From assembly GCA_963740035.1 (NCBI GenBank), contig CAVUDA010000012.1, positions 41,971 through 105,970 of the forward strand: a stretch of 64,000 nucleotides of DNA, given 5' to 3'. Shown one piece after another: positions 50,836 through 57,687 of this stretch; position 1 is the stretch's first letter; each line of letters starts with the position of its first letter. The position numbers and the translations under genes are program-made. The notes beneath the pieces are model-generated. The model saw only the letters and a list, made by a program, of their open reading frames with translations. It was not told the DNA's origin and did no database searches. The stretch is from an uncultured Acidobacteriota bacterium. Lineage in GTDB: Bacteria; Acidobacteriota; Terriglobia; Acidiferrales; UBA7541.

Positions 50836-51907
50836 TCACCATGAACGCGACGAAACTCCAATGCGCCGCGGGCAAGAGTTGCTGCTCTGGCCCGCGGCGC
50901 AGGGAGGTTCTACTGTGAATCTTGCGACTTCATCGCGCGAACCAATCTCCCGCGGCTGCGGCATTTTCGCCGTGGCTGTGCTCTTGTGCGCGGCTGCGGC
51001 CTATGCGCGCACGGCTCAATCCGCACAGTCTACCTCCGCAGGCCAAGGCACAATTTCCGTGGAGACTGCGCTGGTAGTGCTCCCAGTTCGCGTAACCGGC
51101 GCGGACGGTGATTTCGTTTCCGGACTGGCACAGGAACGCTTTCGCGTTTACGAGGACGGCCGGTGGCAGCCGATTACACTTTTCCGGCAGGAAGATACTC
51201 CGGTGACGGTGGGCTTGGTGGTGGACCACAGTCGCAGCATGGGTCCGAAGCTCTCGGGCGTGGCTGCCGCGGTTTCAGCCTTCGCGCAATCGAGCAATCC
51301 GGACGATGAAATGTTCGTGGTGGACTTCAGCGACAACGTGTCGGTGGAACTGCCCGGAGGAAAACCCTTCACCAGCAATCCTCAGGAGCTGGCACAGGCC
51401 GTATCGGCGGTCTCCGCGCGCGGAATGACCGCGCTCTACGACGCCGTGGCCGAAGGGTTGAATCATCTGCAACTCGGCCGGTGGGATAAGAAGGCGCTGA
51501 TCATCGTCAGCGACGGCGGCGACAATGCCAGCGGGCGAAAGTACGCAGACGTCTTGGAGCTGTCACGCCAATCGCAGGCGGTGATTTACGCGATCGGACT
51601 GGTCGGCGCACCTGAAGAAGAAAACCCAGGAGTCCTTCGGCGGCTATCCAAAGACACAGGTGGATTGGCGTTCTTTCCGGCGCAAGGGGAATCGATCTCA
51701 GACATCTCCTCGAGGATCGCGCACGATCTCCGCGAGCAATACACGCTGGGATTCACGCCGGAAAAGAGAAACGACGACTCGTTTCGGAAAATTCATGTAG
51801 AAGTGACGGCTCCCGGACTGGGCAAACTGCAGGTGCGGACGCGCTCCGGCTATTCCGCCGCGGCGCTGAAGCGGCCCGTGGCCGGAGCGAGCAAGGGCCA
51901 GTCATGA
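50825..51907 (+). CDS. von Willebrand factor A domain protein (Acidobacterial VWFA-related, TIGR03436-like)
   Basis: N-terminal anchor, VVLPVRVTGADGDFVSGLAQERFRVYEDGRWQPITLF, and MIDAS-like VVDHSRSM. The start is ambiguous (50825, ATG 50861 or GTG 50915). No C-terminal sorting signal. Confidence 0.8.
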   Translation: MLADHHERDETPMRRGQELLLWPAAQGGSTVNLATSSREPISRGCGIFAVAVLLCAAAAYARTAQSAQSTSAGQGTISVETALVVLPVRVTGADGDFVSGLAQERFRVYEDGRWQPITLFRQEDTPVTVGLVVDHSRSMGPKLSGVAAAVSAFAQSSNPDDEMFVVDFSDNVSVELPGGKPFTSNPQELAQAVSAVSARGMTALYDAVAEGLNHLQLGRWDKKALIIVSDGGDNASGRKYADVLELSRQSQAVIYAIGLVGAPEEENPGVLRRLSKDTGGLAFFPAQGESISDISSRIAHDLREQYTLGFTPEKRNDDSFRKIHVEVTAPGLGKLQVRTRSGYSAAALKRPVAGASKGQS

Positions 51908-52542
51908 GAGTGACCATCGCCATGAGCCAGGACGGAGAAGAATTGAGGGGGCGGATGCTTCGCGCGGCCTACTACGCGTTTCTGGTGGCCGGGATCATGG
52001 CACTTAGTTATGCGGGCTATGCCGTGCTGGACCGTTACTGGTTTCAGGGCATCGAGACGTCGAAGTTTGAAACGGTCAGCACGCCGGCCGAGCTGCCCAC
52101 AGTCGAGGCGGCTCCAATTGCAGAAGGTGGCGTGATCGGCGAGATCGAAGTCCCGCGCCTGGGATTGAAAGCGATTGTCGTGCAGGGCGATTCGGAGAAA
52201 CTGTTGCGGCGCGCGGTGGGGCATCTCCCGGAAACCGCGCTTCCCGGCGAAGCAGGAAACGTCGCCCTGGCGGGCCATCGCGACAGTCTCTTCCGGCCGC
52301 TGCGCAACGTCCGTCCGGGCGACACAATCACTTTGCGGACGCCGGACCGGGAATTCCAGTACGAAGTGGAATGGACCGCGGTAGTCCCTCCGACGGCGGT
52401 GCGGGTGATCCAACCGACGACGGAGCCGGCACTGACGCTGGTTACGTGCTTTCCGTTTTACTACGTCGGAGCGGCACCGGATCGATTCATCGTTCGCGCG
52501 CGCAAAATCGCGGTTGCACCGAAGGCGCCGAGCGCGCCCTGA
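51904..52542 (+). CDS. Sortase-family transpeptidase
   Basis: N-terminal TM anchor, catalytic His context NVALAGHRD, catalytic Cys TLVTCFP, and a downstream Arg (RFIVRA). The ATGA overlaps the vWA stop. Confidence 0.85.
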   Translation: MRVTIAMSQDGEELRGRMLRAAYYAFLVAGIMALSYAGYAVLDRYWFQGIETSKFETVSTPAELPTVEAAPIAEGGVIGEIEVPRLGLKAIVVQGDSEKLLRRAVGHLPETALPGEAGNVALAGHRDSLFRPLRNVRPGDTITLRTPDREFQYEVEWTAVVPPTAVRVIQPTTEPALTLVTCFPFYYVGAAPDRFIVRARKIAVAPKAPSAP

Positions 52543-52623
52543 ACGAGCAGAGCCCACCGGAATGTCCAGAGTTCAAGCAACAGACAGCTATTCTAGCTCT
52601 CTATGATGTAAACCACATCCTTG

Positions 52624-52639
52624 CGTGATGTAGAACACT
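52624..52639. promoter_or_regulatory. Imperfect CRP-type site cGTGAtgtagaACACt upstream of cytochrome c paralog B
   Basis: One core mismatch (ACAC instead of TCAC). About 80 nt upstream of ATG 52715. The left half is identical to the ytxH site (cGTGAtgt). Confidence 0.35.
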
Positions 52640-52714
52640 GAGATTGACTCGCACTGGCAGCAACCTAATTGTGGGGCAGGGTAGTTAGAGTTAGAACCTG
52701 TCCGGGAGGAAAGT

Positions 52715-53194
52715 ATGATTACGCGCTCCATGATCTTGCTTGCTGCTTTGTTCTATGTCGTCACTGCAGCCGGCGCCAAAGATCACTCACCTGTGGAACA
52801 GACGCAGTTTCCATCAGCCTATGTTCCTTCGGGTGAGACAATGTTCAAGCAATATTGCTCCGCCTGTCACGGCGCCGACGGCAAAGGCGGCGGCCCAGTC
52901 GCGTCCGTGCTCAAAATACCGCCGCCAGATCTCACCACGCTGGCCATGCGTCATGGCGGCAAATTCCCGTACGAATATGTCTCTTCGGTTCTTCGGTTTG
53001 GGCCAGGCGTTTTCGCTCACGGCTCATCGGACATGCCCACATGGGGACCTATTTTCAATTTCATGGACAAGTACAACGAGCGCTCTGTACAACAACGCAT
53101 CATGAACCTTACCGGTTATCTGGCATCTCTGCAGCAGTGGGTGATCGCTGACCGGTCGACGGACTTCTTCGAGAGCCCGTCCGCACGACATTAG
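52715..53194 (+). CDS. Class-I c-type cytochrome (paralog B)
   Basis: CSACH, PPDLTTLAMRHGGKFPYEYV, MPTWG. Collinear with paralog A but with a 20-aa C-terminal extension. Confidence 0.85.
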   Translation: MITRSMILLAALFYVVTAAGAKDHSPVEQTQFPSAYVPSGETMFKQYCSACHGADGKGGGPVASVLKIPPPDLTTLAMRHGGKFPYEYVSSVLRFGPGVFAHGSSDMPTWGPIFNFMDKYNERSVQQRIMNLTGYLASLQQWVIADRSTDFFESPSARH

Positions 53195-53268
53195 TTGTAC
53201 TTTGGTTTGAATGGACGCACTGCAGTCAATCAGACTAAAGCACGGAAAGTTTCACTTGGAGGCCCTTG

Positions 53269-53703
53269 ATGTCCGTGCGATTTATTCGCGATGCCTTTGT
53301 GATCTGCGCGCTGCTCGGATCGACTGCCAGCCTCCATGCCGCACAGCAAGAGCAAGTCAAAAAGGCTCAGGCCAGCCTTCCAAATTCCCCAACTGGCGAT
53401 GAACTGTACAAGAAACACTGCGCAGTCTGCCACGGCAACGATTTAAAGGGAGTTAGCCCAGTCCCCGCCCCATACAGAGTGCCGCCAGATCTGACCACGT
53501 TGGCCCGGCGCCACGGCGGCATATTCCCTGACGCCTATGTTGCGGACGTGCTTCGGAATGGCGTGACCATGCCTGCGCATGGCCCCGCTCAGATGCCAAT
53601 CTGGGGAACAGATTTTACGGAGATGGACGGATTAGACGCGACTCAGGTCAAAATACGGATTGCTAGTCTGGCGAACCACATTAAATTACACCAGGCAAAA
53701 TAA
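53269..53703 (+). CDS. Class-I c-type cytochrome (paralog C)
   Basis: CAVCH, PPDLTTLARRHGGIFPDAYV, MPIWG. More diverged than A and B. Confidence 0.85.
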   Translation: MSVRFIRDAFVICALLGSTASLHAAQQEQVKKAQASLPNSPTGDELYKKHCAVCHGNDLKGVSPVPAPYRVPPDLTTLARRHGGIFPDAYVADVLRNGVTMPAHGPAQMPIWGTDFTEMDGLDATQVKIRIASLANHIKLHQAK

Positions 53704-53907
53704 AGCCAAGTAGCAATTTTCATTGTGTGGTTCGGGGCGCCACTTGATCCGGGTCCGCGCGCTCGTGCAAGAAATAAGCAATGGTGGTATAAAAGTCGCG
53801 AACAATCATAAAGGCCGCCGCAGCCATCACATGTCCGTTAGCAAGTAGATTAGCAGGAAATTCAGGCGTCCCGACGAACTGCAAATGGAATACTCAGCGG
53901 GTGAGAG

Positions 53908-54777
53908 ATGCTAAAAATTGGCAGGATTCTTCTCCCGATCGATTTCGGGGATCCATCGAAGCAGGTGGTTCATCAGGCCGCGGTTCTAGCCCGCCACTTC
54001 CATTCCGAGATCGTGATGTTGCACGTGGTGACGCCGCTGAGCTATTCCGCGGGCATGATCGAGGGGGGTTATGTGCCCGCTAACCTGGGCGATCTGCTCC
54101 AGGAACTCATCCGCCAGGCTCAGAAAAATCTCGATCAGGCTCTGGGGCCCGAGTTCGATGGGATTGATGTTAAGCGCATGCTGCTCGAGGGTGATCCGGC
54201 GCTCACCATCGTGAAAACAGCCAGCGCCGAAAAAGCTGATTTGATCGCCATGCCGACGCACGGCTACGGTGCGTTTCGCCGCTTCCTCCTGGGTTCGGTG
54301 ACGGCAAAAGTCCTTCACGATAGCGATTGCCCCGTGTGGACCGGCGCTCATTTGGAAGAAGGGCCCGCCCGCGAATTTTCGATTCGCAACATCCTCTGTG
54401 CGGTTGATTTGAGCCCCCATAGCTCCAAGACATTCCAGTGGGCCGCGCAGATGGCCGCTGATTTTGGCGCCCGGCTGACCCTTGCTCATATCACTGCAGG
54501 CATGGAAATCTTTGGGCCTGGGCCCTACCAAGTGGACCCCTCCTGGACAGAGGCTCTTGTAAATTCCGCCAACCGCCAGCTCGCAAATCTTCAGCAGGAG
54601 GTAGGCACTAAGGCCGAGATATTCATCGGCAGTGGTGATGTGCCCAAGCTGTTGAGCTATGCGGCACAGCAAACGAGTGCGGATGTGCTCGTGATTGGCC
54701 GGCCCTCGAGCGGGCGCCTGCGAGCCACCGGCTATGGGATCATTCGCGAATCATCTGTTCCTGTCCTGAGCGTCTGA
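53908..54777 (+). CDS. Tandem-domain universal stress protein
   Basis: Two Usp domains (ILLPIDFGDPS...MPTHGYGAFRRFLLGSVTAKVLHDSDCPVW, and ILCAVDLSPHS...VIGRPSSGRLRATGYGIIRESSVPVLSV). Confidence 0.9.
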   Translation: MLKIGRILLPIDFGDPSKQVVHQAAVLARHFHSEIVMLHVVTPLSYSAGMIEGGYVPANLGDLLQELIRQAQKNLDQALGPEFDGIDVKRMLLEGDPALTIVKTASAEKADLIAMPTHGYGAFRRFLLGSVTAKVLHDSDCPVWTGAHLEEGPAREFSIRNILCAVDLSPHSSKTFQWAAQMAADFGARLTLAHITAGMEIFGPGPYQVDPSWTEALVNSANRQLANLQQEVGTKAEIFIGSGDVPKLLSYAAQQTSADVLVIGRPSSGRLRATGYGIIRESSVPVLSV

Positions 54778-55027
54778 AAGTGCGCTGGGATTCTAGTTCC
54801 TTCCTGCGACGCAAGTAAGGAGCGGTCAAACTTAGACCCCCGATGAGGAACGTCTTTTCCCCAGATCACGAAAGGGATCGAAACCGCGCGAACCGCCTGC
54901 TCGAAAATGCAAAAAAAACCTGCCTCGTGGTCCGCTCCATTAACAGCAAAGTGATCTTGGAGCAGAAAGTCATTGTGGAAGAAGAAGTCCTTGAGCGTGA
55001 AAAAATGGGGAATTCGATCCCGATCAG

Positions 55028-55234
55028 CTAAGCGTCTGCTAGTACCTTTGCCCATCTTTGTGGGTCCCCGGCTCTGATTCTGGTCGCGTCGAACAACGGG
55101 AATGTGAGCAAACGCCGGCCCGCAGTTTTAAATGCATCGTTGATTGCTTGCCGAAGCTCTTCATGCGGAACCTTCACTTCCGACTCAGCTGATGGTTTCA
55201 TATTCCGGCATGTAATCTGCAGTTCGGATTTCAT
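55028..55234 (-). CDS. HPF/RaiA-like ribosome-hibernation-factor remnant (too short; probably internally deleted)
   Basis: MKSELQITCRNMKPSAESE resembles the HPF N-terminal strand. VKVPHEEL..AINDAFKTAGRRL resembles the HPF C-terminal strand and helix. At 68 aa, the middle of the fold is missing. Confidence 0.35.
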   Translation of the reverse strand: MKSELQITCRNMKPSAESEVKVPHEELRQAINDAFKTAGRRLLTFPLFDATRIRAGDPQRWAKVLADA

Positions 55235-55630
55235 GGCGGCACCTCGCGCTCGCGTTATAGCTCGAATAGTTTGATCAGTGATTTTATTGCTGTCAGCTTT
55301 TCAATCTCCCTGGAATCCTTATTGGCCGCTCGCGCCACACGCCATCCTCCTCATGCTTGAGGTTGTAAATGTGAAGCAACCGCTATCCCGCGTCGAGAAG
55401 GCGGTTGACTTCCTCTCGGCCTCGCGCCTCCAGGTTGTGCCCGGTAAGTTCGACGATATCCAGTTGCCGTTGCGAATCAAAATACCCTTCATTTCCGTCT
55501 TATGTACATCACATGCGCCCAGGGGGGACAGCGACCCGAGTCACAGATCGCAGCAGACGAAAGAACTCCAAAGGGCTTGTCAATTCGTTACACGAATTGC
55601 AGCTCTTGGGCTGGTGGCGAGGGTGATGCC

Positions 55631-55936
55631 TTGAAGATACTGCTAGCAATTGATGGTTCCGAGTTTTCCCAGGCAGCAATGCAAGCTGTCATTTCTCAGA
55701 TGCGCTCCGAGGGCGCCGGGGTCCTCGTCCCGCGGGTGGCAGAACCACGCGTATTTATTACTCCGCCGCAAATGGCACCGGGATATGCGCCCGAGCAGGA
55801 CGAAATTCTTAAGGAAGATATTCGCCACGCAAAGGAATTGGTGAACCAAGCGAGACAAGTACTCGGGTCCGCCGGCTTCTGCGCGAGCACGCGCGTTGTT
55901 GAGCGAGGTAGGAGGAGCCTCAAAGTAGCTCTTTGA
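55631..55936 (+). CDS. Universal stress protein, C-terminally truncated
   Basis: TTG 55631 gives MKILLAIDGSEFSQAAMQAV..., a typical Usp start. The ORF stops after about 101 aa, before the G-x2-G-x9-G(S/T) nucleotide-binding motif. The stop codon sits inside a perfect 11-bp hairpin. Confidence 0.5.
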   Translation: MKILLAIDGSEFSQAAMQAVISQMRSEGAGVLVPRVAEPRVFITPPQMAPGYAPEQDEILKEDIRHAKELVNQARQVLGSAGFCASTRVVERGRRSLKVAL

Positions 55937-56055
55937 GGCTCCAGCACAGGCAGGCTGCTGAACGCGGAAACACGGAGGAAAGTGATTGTGGAGTGAAATA
56001 AGAGTTCTTCAATGCCAGCGTATGGATCCTGCAATTCCAGTTATGTGTATGCCGC

Positions 56056-56460
56056 TTAGGCTGCCGCATGGTATGCCTTACGGGAGCAGGTCGTTTCCTC
56101 AAGGGCCGACCAGATAATCGTCTCCGCTTCCACCGGATTCGGTGGACAAACGATAAAACCAAGTGCGCCGGCTCCAAGGACTTTTAGGTAAGAATCCCAA
56201 TCGGTGGAATGCGAAAGCACGATGACTGGCGCGTGAACCATTGATTTCTTCACTTCTCTCAAGACCACATGAAAATCACCGTCGGCCAGAATGTCCCTGC
56301 ACAGCACTAATCGAAATTCCTCTTGGGGCAATAAAGTGCGCGCTTCTTCCAAGTTGGAGCAGCAGATCGGATTCAATCCGCACTTGAGGGCTGAAGCGGC
56401 AATCCTTTGCCGGTCTTCTCCCTGGTTGCAGATAATTAGGGCAAGTTCGATGTTCGGCAT
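56056..56460 (-). CDS. Receiver-domain-like protein (possibly a pseudo-receiver)
   Basis: CheY-like alpha/beta pattern (LALIICNQGED...FRLVLCRDILADGDF...VIVLSH...LGAGALGFIVCP). The acidic pocket and phospho-acceptor region are non-canonical, and there is no output domain. Confidence 0.55.
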   Translation of the reverse strand: MPNIELALIICNQGEDRQRIAASALKCGLNPICCSNLEEARTLLPQEEFRLVLCRDILADGDFHVVLREVKKSMVHAPVIVLSHSTDWDSYLKVLGAGALGFIVCPPNPVEAETIIWSALEETTCSRKAYHAAA

Positions 56461-56497
56461 TGCTCCTCCTCGTCATCGCCGATCTTTATGCCCATTC

Positions 56498-57214
56498 CTA
56501 CAGGTTCGCGCAGCTTTCCAGAGCTGAGCGATTCGAGATCATGAGCGTCGATCCCTGAATGGTAACCAGATGGCGTACCTTGAAATCGCTCAAGGTGCGC
56601 GTGACCGTCTCGCGAGTGGTGCCGATGAATTCCGCGATTTCCTCGTGCGTCAGGGGCAGCTTGATTCGCGTGCCCTCTTTCGTCTGTTGAATTCCTTCCG
56701 ACCACGTCAGCAAGAGGCGCGCGAGTTTTTCCTGCGCGGAGGCCGAGAGTCCGATCGTGTGCAATTGTTCGCAGGCGCCCCGGTACTGAGAACTCATCTG
56801 CTTCACCGCGTTTTGAGAGGCTTCGGGATGGCTTCCCAGGAAGCGCAGGAAGTCTTCCCGGCGCACAAAGGCGACCTGGCAGGGGTGGATCGTCTCGGCC
56901 GTCACTTCATAGGGCAGGCCCGCCATGGCGGCCATCAGTCCGAGCAGTTCTCCTGCCCGGGCAATCCTCATTATCAGGGTCTTGCCTTCCGGTGAGCTGA
57001 TGGAAAGTTTTACTTCGCCTTCGCACAGCACGTAGACCCCGCGTGCGTCCTGTCTTTCGACGAACAGCAGGGCGCCCTTTGGATAGGTGGCCGTCGACTT
57101 GATCGCATCAAAGTCCTTTACCGCGGAGGGCGGCAACTGGCAGAAGAATCCTGAGCCTTTCACCTTGCAATTCTTGCAACCATCGTTCAGCTCTAATCCG
57201 TATGGACCTTTCAT
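56498..57214 (-). CDS. Crp/Fnr-family transcription regulator with Cys-rich N-terminus and CRP-type recognition helix
   Basis: cNMP-binding-like beta-roll (GALLFVERQDARGVYVLCEGEVKLS) and HTH THEEIAEFIGTTRETVTRTLSDF. RETVTR parallels E. coli CRP RETVGR. The N-terminus carries C-x2-C-x9-C (CKNCKVKGSGFFC). Confidence 0.9.
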   Translation of the reverse strand: MKGPYGLELNDGCKNCKVKGSGFFCQLPPSAVKDFDAIKSTATYPKGALLFVERQDARGVYVLCEGEVKLSISSPEGKTLIMRIARAGELLGLMAAMAGLPYEVTAETIHPCQVAFVRREDFLRFLGSHPEASQNAVKQMSSQYRGACEQLHTIGLSASAQEKLARLLLTWSEGIQQTKEGTRIKLPLTHEEIAEFIGTTRETVTRTLSDFKVRHLVTIQGSTLMISNRSALESCANL

Positions 57215-57229
57215 TGTTGCCTCCTCAGC

Positions 57230-57580
57230 TTAGTATTCAGATCTCGTGCGAATGCCCTGCTGCGCTTCTTCCGCGAAATGTTTCGTGAGCGGCGTGTCGG
57301 CCAGGAAGTCGGCCCCCGATTCGGCATGAATGTCAGCCAGCAAATCACGGCCTGTTCCGTCGATACGCGTCACCCCTCGAACGTCCACCAGAAGCTTTCT
57401 TTCTCCAAGGGAAGGGGCCAAAACCTGCCACGCTTGCTGCAGCGCTGGAACAGTGGGGCCGACGATCTTCCCTTCGATCTTCATGGTTACGCCCTCACCG
57501 TCCGCTTGGTGTATCGTCACTCTCACTGGTTCTCTTGATCCTTTGTTGTAACGCCTACCTATAGGCAATCCAGGAGCCAA
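57230..57580 (-). CDS. STAS-domain protein (anti-sigma-antagonist-like)
   Basis: VTMKIEGKIVGPTVPALQQAW...LLVDVRGVTRIDGTGRDLL follows the SpoIIAA/STAS pattern. The start is uncertain (TTG 57580, or the GTG about 57 nt downstream). Confidence 0.5.
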   Translation of the reverse strand: MAPGLPIGRRYNKGSREPVRVTIHQADGEGVTMKIEGKIVGPTVPALQQAWQVLAPSLGERKLLVDVRGVTRIDGTGRDLLADIHAESGADFLADTPLTKHFAEEAQQGIRTRSEY

Positions 57581-57671
57581 ATCTCTGATCCGAGGGAGAG
57601 TAGAGGTATCCCATTCTGGAACAATGGCTTAGTTGGGATGGGTGGTTTGTGTGGGCTAGCGCACAGGTCTA

Positions 57672-57687
57672 AGTGACGAAGATCACT
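57672..57687. promoter_or_regulatory. CRP-type palindrome aGTGAcgaagaTCACt upstream of the STAS-crp-receiver operon
   Basis: Perfect GTGA-N6-TCAC core, 90-150 nt upstream of the operon's first ORF. This suggests autoregulation. Confidence 0.55.

Noticed and set aside
54732-55055. 107-aa minus ORF and 62-aa plus ORF (54843-55031) between the tandem Usp and the HPF-like stub.
   Set aside because: They overlap each other, have no RBS or motif support, and their composition is atypical for the neighbouring genes.
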